Below are positions 52,479-64,000 of a stretch of DNA of 64,000 nucleotides, one piece after another. The stretch is taken from assembly GCF_001194135.2 (NCBI RefSeq), contig NC_068990.1, positions 82,307,673 through 82,371,672 of the forward strand, read 5' to 3'. Under the pieces are notes generated by a model. The model ran no database searches. It was not told where the DNA came from and saw nothing but the letters and a program-made list of their open reading frames with translations. Position numbers and translations under genes: made by a program. The stretch is from Octopus bimaculoides (Eukaryota). The first letter of the stretch is position 1. Each line of letters opens with the position of its first letter.

Positions 52479-52707
52479 TATTTCTTTACTGCCCACAAGG
52501 GGCTACACACAGAGGGGACAAACAAGGACAGACAAACGGATTAAGTCGATTATATCGACCCCAGTGCGTAACTGGTACTTAATTTATCGACCCCGAAAGG
52601 ATGAAAGGCAAAGTCGACCTCGGCGGAATTTGAACTCAGAACGCAGTGGCAGACGAAATACCGCTAAGCATTTCGCCCGGTGTGCTAACGTTTCTGCCAG
52701 CTCGCAG
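52479..52707 (-). mobile_element. Near full-length, young tRNA-derived SINE (family A) with target-site duplication
   Basis: Pol III A-box-like gcgagctggcagaaacgttagc and B-box gttctgagttcaaattcc; central gtcgactttgcctttcatcctttcggggtcgataaa. The 8-bp direct repeat TCAATACC lies at 52471-52478 and 52708-52715. Confidence 0.93.
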
Positions 52708-54921
52708 TCAATACCGACAAGCAAACGTTAAAAAGGTGTTCGAACTCCATCAGTGTACACAGTTTCCCTTTTTGCCTTAGATTGATGCCTGTTATGTTTA
52801 ATATTAATTCCATGCCATTCATTGAATAAGCAAAATTCTGGTAACATTTGCGTGCTATTTTATGTTCTATGTCTTTATTATGTGCATCTTACCCAACTTT
52901 AGCTAAATACTTTTTACATTCCTTATTTAAATTGCGCACAAAGTAACCTTAGCAATTATTACATAATACGATAAATATGTTTCTTATATATTTCCCAGGT
53001 TTCTGTGAAAACCGAGTCAAAGACCGGAAATGGAATTATGTTACTAGTACTTTGCAGTTTAACCACTAAATCTCATTCAATAATACACTGCAGTTTATTT
53101 TTATTTCCCACTTACTCTGCATACAGATGGCCAATGAAATCTTGTTTCATCAAATATATTTCAGATGTGTAGGTGAATAAGGACAGAAGAAAGAAAATAC
53201 TAATTATTTTCCAAGTAACGTTATTCCAATTTACCATTCTATAGTTTATAAGACATCTAGTGTAATTTGGGGTTTTCAATATTCTCAGGTTAATATCAAT
53301 TTAAGAAATTGACATCAACTGTTTTACTGAACAAGTGAATTTTAAAATTAAACAAATAGTTATTTTGAATAAAAAATTATGCCCCAATTTGCTAAATGAA
53401 GAAAGTAGAACTAAAAAAGCATTGAAACTATTCTAAATATTCAACACTTGATTTAGTCAGTTCAGACTTTTGGCTGTTATCAGATGTAAGGTCTCTTTCG
53501 TATGTTTCTCCATTAACATTTTGCTTTTAGTTTGTTTATAACAAAATAAAATTTAAATTCGGCTGAAGGGAAATTTTGTTTCTAATTTAGGCACGAAGCT
53601 GGCAGCACTTACGGGAGGAGGGTTAGTTGATAACATTGATTTCAGTATTTGACTGGTATTTTATTTCATCAACCTTGAAAGGATGAGAGATGAAGTTGAC
53701 CTTAGCCGGGGTAAAAATAATTACAAAATGCTATTGTTAGGATTGTAGCCGAAGAAATCCAAAATCTTCGTTTCCAGTGAATGAAAAAAAAAAAAAAGAA
53801 AGAACAACCTTAATACACTAATATTTTATGAGCTTTCACCAATTATTTTTGTATCAATAAAGTATTATATATTAGACGATTGCTATAACAATCAAAATAT
53901 TCATTTCTACTCAACTTTTCTTAAGATAGAATGACTATCCACCCATTGGTGCATACTAATGATTACTAGCAATTGTCAGTAGCAAAGAAAACTTGTGGTT
54001 CTGAGAACTAATTGATTAAATCAACCTCGGGATAAAGACAAAATTTACGTCGATGTTATTTAAATTTAGAACATAAAGAGACGTAAGTAAATACCGGAAG
54101 GCAATTTGTTTGGTGGTTGTACCAAGTGTGAGTAAAATACAAGAGCTTGTTTATTTGAACTTGGATTAGTTTTGTTTGACTTTACGTATGCATAGCGGGA
54201 GACATTCCGCTTGGCTCATCTCCTGGATAACAAACTTTTATACTGTTCGTCTTGATTTATATCCTTTCGGGGATCTAATTATCACGTCAGGCCATCTAAC
54301 CAGGCACTTCCTTTATCTCCCAGCATCTGTTGACACCAGTGTTTGCCTTATGACTGCAGTACAGCACACTGTGTTCGAATTGATGAATAGAAGTAAATTG
54401 ATGAATAAATCGCCGTCTCCGAATGCTTCCTGGTTTACAGTCGATACCTCAGCTGGAATTTTGCTATAGTAAATGCCAGCCTATCTGAAAATAATTTCAA
54501 AACGAAGAAGAATAAGATTATAATGAATCATACATTAAGTATGAATATAATACATAAGATACGACAGACTATTTTAGAATTCGGTTAAGCTACTACATAA
54601 ATGGAGAAAAAAAATAAGACATCATCGCCACCACAACTAACACCATCACCACCACCACCACCACCACAAATAACAACAACAACAACAAGAACTACCATAA
54701 CAACAATAGAAACAACATAAACAGACACAAATTCTTGAATCACATCTTACAGCACAACGTCATACGTACTTAATTTTCAGAAAATTTAAAATTTCTAATT
54801 TAATTCTAACAAAGAAAATAAAATCATACATGAGGAACATTGAAAAAAAAAAAGATAATTGTATTTAAGAGATGATATCGTGATTATATTTCACACACAC
54901 ACACAAATATAAGTATATACA

Positions 54922-54970
<49 letters not shown>

Positions 54971-55081
54971 ATTTAGAGATAGAAAATGTGAGAGAGAATG
55001 AAAGAAAGAAAGAAAGATATATATATATATATACATGCATGAATACATACATATATAACATGCAATATTTTGTAGAAAAAA

Positions 55082-55294
55082 GCGGCGAGCTGGCAGAAAC
55101 GTTAGCACGCCGGCCGAAATGCTTAGCGGTATTTCGTCTGTGTTTACGTTCTGCGTTCAAATTCCGCCGAAGTCGACTTTGCCTTTCATCCTTTCGGGGT
55201 CGATAAATTAACTATGGGTTGCGTACTGGGGTCGATCTAATTGACTGGCCCTTCCCCTAAAATGTCTGGCCTTGTACCTAGAGTAGGAAATAAT
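55082..55294 (+). mobile_element. tRNA-derived SINE, family A
   Basis: gcggcgagctggcagaaacgttagc...gttcaaattccgccgaagtcgactttgcctttcatcctttcggggtcgataaa; highly similar to the 52479-52707 copy, with a different 3' tail. Confidence 0.92.
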
Positions 55295-55862
55295 ACTTTT
55301 GTAGAAAGAAAAGAATTCAACAGATATAGAAAAAATACAAGATGATGAGTAGATACTTAATATATACCATAACGGGGATGAAGGTATGGGCCTAATAAAC
55401 AGACATAAATACTCACATATTACATATATATATGTATATAGCTGCATGTGGGGGTGTATATATATAGCTAGATAGATAGATATGAAGCAAGCGCAATATT
55501 GATAGTGTTATCTTTATTTAATTAATATCTAACAACCTCTTTCTTCAATTAAGTGAGTTCACTGATTTTTAAAATTTTTTGCTTTACATTCATTATATTT
55601 TGGAATTATTTTCTGTTATGTTCCCTTCGCCCTCTATAATTCGTTTATGCAACGACAAATTTCTTTAATATTTATATTTGAGTATTTTAGTTGAAAATCA
55701 CAAATATTTTCAAGTCAATTTCTGTTTGCAGAATGTAATAGTCTTGATAATATTTTCTGATTATTTAAATATTATATCTGCGGTATATCTTTTCCTCAGT
55801 TCCAATATCACGACTTATAGTGACGAAAAATATTTAGAAAGAAAAGAAATATTTGTTTACGC

Positions 55863-55924
<62 letters not shown>

Positions 55925-56578
55925 GTGCATACATTCACAAACATCATAAATGCATACAAATATCAACTTTCCGTTCATTTTCCTGTTTCTACATGGTTTG
56001 TGCGTGTCTCTCTGTGTACTGGTATATTATATAGAAATACACGACTGCATTACACAAGCGTAGAAAGGAACACGCTATAGTTCACTCACACATAACTACA
56101 TAAAATTATCGATTTTATTCTGATTATTGTGAGATGTTATCAGTTACAAAATAGATATTCCTCCCTCGTAATCCATCCTTTATTTTACTATCATGCTGTT
56201 TGTTTAAACCGAATTCTTTAAAATTTTCTCAGATATGCACTCAAAAACCATTGTAAGTATATTTCTAAATTGTGATAAATATGGGATAACATGAATAAAA
56301 ACCTACAAAAACAGATTATAGTATTCCAGGCATTGTCATCAACAATGATAACTAAGAGAAAGCAAGACTTAACGACGGAGTTTAATACGTTGGCAATCAA
56401 ATTGCTTGCTGTTGCAAGCAAGACAAATGGTAATCAAATATGAGCTTTTTATAAACGTAGATCGATGAGCCGATGGATAATATAATCCTAGATACAAGAA
56501 ACGTTAAATAAAAAGGCCAAAGTTGGCACTTTTAGGATGATAAATCAAGAACGACTTCTGTTCTACTTAGAAAAACAG

Positions 56579-56996
56579 TACTCTTTACTCTTTTACTCTT
56601 TTACTTGTTTCAGTCATGTGACTGCAACCATGCTGGAGTACCGCCTTTAGTCGAGCAAATCGACCCCAGGACTTATTCTTTGTAAGCCTAGTGCTTATTC
56701 TATCGCGTCTTTTGCCGAACCGCTAGGTTACGAGGACGTAAACACACCAGCATCGGTTGTCAGGCGATGTTGGGGGGACAAACACAGACACACAAACACA
56801 CACACACACATATATATACATATACATATATACGACGGGCTTCTTTCAGTTTCCGTCTACCAAATCCACTCACAAGGCTTTGGTCGGCCCGAGGATATAG
56901 TAGAAAACACCTGCCCAAAGTGCCACGCAGTGGGACTGAACCCGGAACCATGTGGTTGGTAAGCAAGCTACTTACCACACAGCCACTCCTACGCCT
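56579..56996 (-). mobile_element. Full-length composite tRNA-derived SINE (family B) with a CORE-like segment and an internal (TG/TA)n linker
   Basis: Minus-strand head aggcgtaggagtggctgtgtggtaag (A box) ... ggttccgggttcagtccc (B box), then gcgtggcactttgggcaggtgttttctact resembling the CORE (MIR-type) domain. The 3' end has an (aagagta)n-like tail. Confidence 0.9.
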
Positions 56997-57559
56997 AGTT
57001 ATAACTGTTTTTCATTGGAACGAAAGACCAGCAATTTTGAAGAAAGGGGATGGTTTCTTCCCTAGTACTTGTTTCGTACTTTATTTTATCGGAACAGATA
57101 GATGAAAGACTTTATTTTTGCTGCAGCGGGATTTGAACTCTGAATATATAAATCTTGAAGAGCTACCATATGACAGTGTTACCGACACTCTAAATGTTCT
57201 GCCATTGCCGCTACTTTGCTAACGTATCGGCAAAAAAAAAAAAAACATAACAAGCCCAACTGTATTGTGTATAACAAATTATCTTACTAGAGATACACGT
57301 CTGGTGTACAAGCGTAAAAAATACGGAATTCAGGCTATTATCACAGAAAGATAATTCATTTGTTGAGATGCTAAAAATGAATGATTGTGAAAATGAAACG
57401 CTAGAATTCTATGTAAAATTTTCTTTTTACAATGTTACTACAATGAGAGAGAGTTTAAGGATATATTGTCATTGAATCAATGTTTTCTGTTTTACGATCA
57501 TCACTCGCAGAGTAGACACCACCAACAGCACGTTCTTTTAAAATGTGATAAATTCTCAT

Positions 57560-57600
<41 letters not shown>

Positions 57601-57869
57601 GCAATATTAAATCTCTGAGTGAGAAGTAAACTAGCAGTATGGAATCGTAAAATATAATTGCCAACTAAATGTGGCGGTCCCATAGAGGACTAAATCTTCC
57701 TCAAACCACACNNNNNNNNNNNNNNNNNNNNNNNNNNNNNNNNNNNNNNNNNNNNNNNNNNNNNNNNNNNNNNNNNNNNNNNNNNNNNNNNNNNNNNNNN
57801 NNNNNNNNNNNNNNNNNNNNNNNNNNNNNNNNNNNNNNNNNNNNNNNNNNNNNNNNNNNNNNNNNNNNN

Positions 57870-58277
57870 ATGACAAATAACCGAAACCTTGAGCGATTTG
57901 CTGTGCTTGAGAAGAAGACTCATCAAACCAAGTAAAATCGTAGTTGTGGCAGATACTGGTGTCACGCAAGTGGCACCCTGCCCGTGGCACTCTGCCCGTG
58001 GCACCCTGCCCGTGGCACCCTGCTCGTGGCACCCTGCCCGTGGCACCCTGCCCGTGGCACGCGAAAACACGTATCAAACTCCCAGAGTGGTTGACGTTAG
58101 GTAGAGCATCCACCCGTAGAAACCATGCCAAATCAGATTGGAGTCTGGTGCAGCCCTTCAGCTTACCAGCTCCTATCAAACCGTCCAACCCATGCCAGCA
58201 TGGGCAACGGACGTTAAATGATGATGATGATGACGACGACGACGACGACGACGATGATGATAATGATGATGATGATA
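57870..58277 (+). mobile_element. 3' part of a retroposon with RTE-like tail (aacccatgccagcatgggcaacggacgttaaa plus (GAT/GAC)n) and an internal 14-bp tandem array
   Basis: The unique sequence ends directly in a trinucleotide tail. The family assignment is recalled, not computed. Confidence 0.55.
57970..58060 (+). repeat. GC-rich 14-bp minisatellite (GTGGCACCCTGCCC) x6.5
   Basis: Units start at 57970, 57984, 57998, 58012, 58026, 58040 and 58054; two single substitutions. Confidence 0.95.
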
Positions 58278-59944
58278 TACAACACACACCCTGAAACTAA
58301 CGTGGTGGTGATGGTTGTAACTTCTTCAATAATAAGACTGCTTTTATTTGAATAGGTTAGATGTTAGACAGCAACGACTGCCAGAACGGGAACACACATT
58401 TACGTACATTTTCACATTTTCATATCGTCAGCATCATTACAATCCTTAATACCGTGTCTTTGAATTCGTTCGTGCTGCATTCCTTGGCAATTACCTCTGT
58501 TAATACTAGCCAAGCCCTCTTTCAATGTATGGTTTGCTCCCATTGGGTAAAAACCAAAACCAAACAAAACGGAACGAAACAAAACACAGGTTTATTTTTA
58601 TTCCAAAATTATGTATGAAAAAGACATTGTAAGAGGAATGAACAGTCTTAAAGGACAACATAAGTTATGATTTACGCTTCTATTAAATGTCTATGTGTGT
58701 CAGCATACACATATACAAACGTATGTCTGTTATTTGTTTTGATTATGTTGTACTCTTATGTGGCTTTTGGCATTAATCTTCATATTTGTTCAGCGTTTTT
58801 TGTCTGTTTTATGAATATAGACCTACGTGTAGCAATTTCAAAACATGTTTTTTCATGTGTCTCACAATAGTCCCTTCCACCCACTCACACATTCTAACAA
58901 AGCGCACATACATACACACAAGCACAAGCACGACATACATGACATAAGCACACATATATTAATGAGAAACGTCTGACTTTCAATCTTTCTTAGTCTCTTG
59001 CTCTCAATATCTGTCTACAGTTCTCTCCACAGACAAAAGCACGCATGGACATACACGCACCTACTCATTCACACACACACACACACACCTACTCATTCAC
59101 ACACACATGCACACAAATACTCACACACAATACACAGAGAGTGCGAAAAAGCGAAAAATACTTATGCGCCAGTATGTACATGCTATTCGTGTATTTATAC
59201 AGTTACATACACATTTGTTTCTAAGCTCATTATTTACATACATGTTTGATTCATATTTCTTTTGAAAAAGAAAACATGTAACCAAACCCACTGTTTAGTT
59301 GTATTTTACTATTAGTTGGTTTAAACGCCATTCTTCATCGCCTCTAGAATGCGATCTAAGTGATGGAAATTTTGCCAAAAATGAAGCAAATACTGAAAAT
59401 AGCAGCTAATACATTACAGTTTTACTTTTTTTTAAAGAACAAGTGGAATATGTCAATAAAAACACACAGTTACACGACCGATTCTAAATAAAGCTTTTAG
59501 ATAAGCAATTCAAATGGATGCTTCACACAAGTCACGTGTCATATGGGTGAGAATATTTTAGCGTCATTTTAGCTACCGTTATATTTTAAGTTATAGTTTT
59601 ACCTTCTTTGTTTTTGATTGATTTTCTATTTTTTCGGTATTCATTTTACTGGAATCTTTCATCTTTGATACAGAAAACATCAATATTATGTCGTTACTCC
59701 GTGAATGCACAGATGACACGACTAAACATGCATTACTGGAGCACATTAGTGTGATGAAAACGATTAAGACATTAATGAACAGGGCTAGCAGCATTAAACC
59801 ACGTTTCTCAAAATCTACTCTCAAGCACAAGTGAACGGCTGCTAGAATTCTATTTGAGTGCACGGTTGCAACAGCATTATTGTTCACAAATACATGAAAA
59901 TTTGTTTAAAAATGTTGACTAAATCTACATTACGGTTAAATCTG

Positions 59945-60600
59945 GTAGAAACATCAGGTTGGGTATATTGGCTGAATTAACAGAGTGCCGTAAAATGCCT
60001 TGTCAGGTTTCTTCTGGCACATTACGTAGGTAAACTTTGCTTTCCATCCTTCCAGGTTCGATAAAAAAAAAAATACCAGTCAATTTCTGAATTCGAGAGT
60101 ATCAATTGATACTCCGCCTCTCAAAATTACTGAACTTGTGCTTTGATTAGAATTAATAATGCGGAAACTTGAAAGAATCGTTGAAAGGTCGAGAAAATGA
60201 ATTTCGGTAATTTTAGCGGATTTTTACAATTTGATTTAAAATTCCACAGAAGTCTAATTTGCCTTTCATTTCTCAGGCGTTAATGAAATAAAAGAAAATA
60301 AGATACAAGCCAAGTACTACAGCTGGTTGGTTCTACCCCGGTCTCTAATTGCTGGCCTTGTGGCAAAATTACAAACCGTTATTAAATGTAGTGGATTTGC
60401 AGAATCATTTTAGCATTGGACAACATGACGTGCGGTATATATTCTAGGTTTTTACAATCTAAATTCCAATCGTGTCAAGCTTGCTTTTATCGTTTTGATG
60501 GTCCGGGTGGATAAATTCAGCCCAGTACTGGGGTTAGAATCACCCACTAAATCCTTCCCCCAAATTCTGACCTTCTGCCCATGCTTGAAACTATTATGGT
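59945..60600 (+). mobile_element. Three tandem, strongly degenerate SINE family A copies
   Basis: Recurring remnants (aaactttgctttccatccttccaggttcgataaa; tttgcctttcatttc; ttgcttttatc...ggtggataaa; ggccttgtg tails). Similar relics lie near 1.0-1.5, 11.1, 44.1, 51.2, 53.6, 54.0, 57.1 and 62.1 kb. Confidence 0.6.
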
Positions 60601-61013
60601 TAAAATCCTGGGTCCCACTGGGTCTTAGTAAGAGATTAATAATAGAGCCATTATGATAACAAATAGTGCTGTAGAGAAAGAGGTAAGCTTGAGATAAGTG
60701 TACAATTTAGTGTCAATCCTTAGTTGAAGCGAATATAGTTGCCATGATCTCGCTAGTGGGCAAGAATTTGGAATATAACACAGAAAACACACATTTCTAG
60801 GTGATACGAACTGTAGTCTGCCCTGTAAAATTGGATTGGGTTGCCTATGTTTAGTCCTCTGCAGAACGAAGACCCCAGCATGTTCTCTTCACCAATCATG
60901 TCCGATGTCGAGGTCGTCAATATGAGATTCAAATCATACTAGTTTGATGAGCCTACTTTACCACACTAGATCGACATAGCTTCAGGGATGCAGTTTTTTT
61001 TATATTCATAACC

Positions 61014-61404
61014 AGGAGGAGTTAAGTCGATTAAATCGACCACAGTATTCAACTGGTACTTATTTTACTGACACCGATAGGATGGAAGGCTAGATCGACC
61101 TCAGCGGAATTTGAACTCAGAACGTGAAGGTTGAAGAAATACCGCTAAACATCTCACCTAGCGTGATAACAATTCTTATTTCTTTATTGTCCACAAGGGA
61201 CTAAACATAGAGAGGACACACAAGGACAGACAAAGGGATTAAGTCGATTATATCGACCCCAGTGCGTAACTGGTACTTAATTTATCGACCTCGAAAGGAT
61301 GAAAGGCAAAGTCGACCTCGGAGGAATTTGAACCCAGAACGTAACGGCAGACGAAATATCGCTTGGCATTTCGTCCGGCGTGCTAACGATTCATCCATCT
61401 CGTC
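61014..61404 (-). mobile_element. Two head-to-tail SINE family A copies (about 61014-61174 older; 61177-61404 younger)
   Basis: Both carry the aaggatg(a/g)aaggc...gtcgacctc...ggaatttgaac(t/c)cagaacgt core; the second shares the 3' tail of the 52479-52707 copy. Confidence 0.88.
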
Positions 61405-61422
61405 GCAATGTAAGACATCTTT

Positions 61423-61463
<41 letters not shown>

Positions 61464-62780
61464 ATCCATTTTTTTCATGTGACACAAATGCTATTTTCAA
61501 CAAAGGTGAAATTTTCACTAGCATAAATTAGGAAAGATCAAACGACTCACGCCGCATTTTTGAAACGGATTTTCAATAAGTAATGGCAATTACAGTCCAC
61601 AGATTCAATAAAAAATATTTCACACACACACACGCACGCACACACGCACGCACACACGCAAACACATACACATACGCACGCATACACAGCGAGAGAGAAA
61701 GACACACATATATATATAGGTAGACACATGTATACATACTTACCTATCTACTTTCGTTCATACATATATGTATATATAGTGTTGGTATACGAGTAGGAAG
61801 CCAATAAATTTTAATTAATCAAAATTGCATTCTTAATGATGAGGACAATTATTATGTTAATGAATTACACACGCGTATATAGCAAAAAATACTATATGTG
61901 TATATGTATGTGTATGTGTGTGCCTATTTTTGTACATACAAACTGAATAAAAGTTATTTCTCTGCTTATAACCATATTAGGTATTGTTTTGCTAAATTAC
62001 ATATAAACTAGAATCTAGTTATAATTATCATGTAGTTAAAAATTTCAAATGCCTGTAGGGTCTACTTTCCTTTTCATTGATTCTGGTCCGATAAAAAAAG
62101 CCTCAAGCCAGGAGAGTTGATTGACGAAACTGTAAGAGCGTTAGACGGATACCTTGTGGTATTTGTTTCGTCCTCTTTCAGTTTTCAAATCCCATCATGG
62201 TCTACTTACTAAACAACATAGCTCTAGATTAGTGGTTTCCAACAGATTCCTAGCTTTGCTTATAGTTCAATACAGAACAAATAATACTACGATGGGTGAC
62301 AATTGTTTTTCGGATTTCTGGCTCTGATGTATTACACACATGCACGCATGCGCACGCACACACACATGCATATATACACACACACACACAGACACACACG
62401 CACACACACTCACACACGCGCATATCAACATCATCAGTTTCTTCTGATTCACTTATTTTCAATCGTCATCAGTTTCTTTGCTTCCATTTAAGATGTGTAA
62501 CATGTGTTAACATCACCGTCATTATTGATAGAGAGGGGCGGAGAGGGACATCCAGTTGAAAGCAACGATACAACAATGTCACATCTGATGATTTCCTTCA
62601 AAGTTGAATTAAGATCAGCTAAGAGAAATAACTCAATTGAACCAAAGACACAAATTTAGATAATTAAATTAAAGGGGTTTGTACTGAACGCCATACATAA
62701 AATATTCCCAATTTACTGAAATTTCCTGCTAACTCGGAGAAAGGAAACGCAGAACAAAGGAAATTATTATAATTCATTTT

Positions 62781-62855
<75 letters not shown>

Positions 62856-64000
62856 AATGTATATACGTATATGTCTATATATGTGTATATATATATGCAT
62901 ATATATGTATATATATATATATATGTATACATATATATATACATTATATATATGTATACACACATATATATATATATATATACATATATANNNNNNNNNN
63001 NNNNNNNNNNNNNNNNNNNNNNNNNNNNNNNNNNNNNNNNNNNNNNNNNNNNNNNNNNNNNNNNNNNNNNNNNNNNNNNNNNNNNNNNNNNNNNNNNNNN
63101 NNNNNNNNNNNNNNNNNNNNNNNNNNNNNNNNNNNNNNNNNNNNNNNNNNNNNNNNNNNNNNNNNNNNNNNNNNNNNNNNNNNNNNNNNNNNNNNNNNNN
63201 NNNNNNNNNNNNNNNNNNNNNNNNNNNNNNNNNNNNNNNNNNNNNNNNNNNNNNNNNNNNNNNNNNNNNNNNNNNNNNNNNNNNNNNNNNNNNNNNNNNN
63301 NNNNNNNNNNNNNNNNNNNNNNNNNNNNNNNNNNNNNNNNNNNNNNNNNNNNNNNNNNNNNNNNNNNNNNNNNNNNNNNNNNNNNNNNNNNNNNNNNNNN
63401 NNNNNNNNNNNNNNNNNNNNNNNNNNNNNNNNNNNNNNNNNNNNNNNNNNNNNNNNNNNNNNNNNNNNNNNNNNNNNNNNNNNNNNNNNNNNNNNNNNNN
63501 NNNNNNNNNNNNNNNNNNNNNNNNNNNNNNNNNNNNNNNNNNNNNNNNNNNNNNNNNNNNNNNNNNNNNNNNNNNNNNNNNNNNNNNNNNNNNNNNNNNN
63601 NNNNNNNNNNNNNNNNNNNNNNNNNNNNNNNNNNNNNNNNNNNNNNNNNNNNNNNNNNNNNNNNNNNNNNNNNNNNNNNNNNNNNNNNNNNNNNNNNNNN
63701 NNNNNNNNNNNNNNNNNNNNNNNNNNNNNNNNNNNNNNNNNNNNNNNNNNNNNNNNNNNNNNNNNNNNNNNNNNNNNNNNNNNNNNNNNNNNATATATAT
63801 ATAATGTCCGTTACATTATTTCTGATCAACCAGATCTACAACAAATGCATTCCAACTTAGAATTACATTATTCAATGTATCCTTTCTTATTTTGATAGAA
63901 AATTACGAAATTTGGCTGCTATTTCTGGAAGATCACTCGACCATTTAAAAGATTATTCATTGATTCGTTCTGGTATTTTGTGTTTACAGAGATTTGTACA

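Noticed and set aside
52999-53171. Acceptor-like sites at about 52998 and 53127 with short open frames (GFCENRVKDRKWNY...; MANEILFHQIYFRCV)
   Set aside because: Not ankyrin-like, short, and expected by chance at this AT content.
54176-54469. ORF ending PNASWFTVDTSAGILL, reminiscent of a cadherin repeat
   Set aside because: No other cadherin motifs (DxD, LDRE, DxNDN), a stop follows immediately, and no splice context.
57970-58060. Regular repeats as a possible CRISPR array (also 14449-14504)
   Set aside because: Contiguous tandem units without spacers, eukaryotic context, no cas genes.
60801-60926. Cys-rich phase-1 frame GDTNCSLPCKIGLGCLCLVLC after an AG
   Set aside because: No known domain spacing; the DNA looks like a degenerate retroposon UTR.

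Overview
Eukaryotic, AT-rich, repeat-dominated draft-assembly sequence with 14 N-gaps (about 4.8 kb), almost all bordered by microsatellites. The very dense di/tri/tetranucleotide repeats and the tRNA-derived SINE families point to an octopus genome (inference from recognising the repeats, not from a search). Nearly all ORFs in the supplied track are microsatellite or gap artefacts. The only well-supported host coding sequence is one spliced exon for the N-terminal ankyrin repeats of an ANKRD34/ANKRD63-like protein (34939-35269, +); its next exon was not found. The rest is decayed mobile DNA: three mariner remnants, a Tc1 fragment, a hAT (Buster/Charlie-type) remnant, two RTE-like LINE 3' fragments (one with three C2H2-like fingers), R4/Dong-like fragments inside (TAA)n/(GAT)n tracts, a probable Penelope-like remnant, more than 15 SINE copies of at least three families, and several foldback/MITE elements. 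The most interesting signals are three unrelated type I hammerhead-ribozyme-like motifs with palindromic helix III (3806-3858, 38575-38660, 50708-50744), one of them inside a 277-bp imperfect rod-like foldback, and a MITE carrying a perfect 40-bp head-to-head telomeric-repeat palindrome. No prokaryotic features, rRNA, true tRNA genes or CRISPR arrays were seen.
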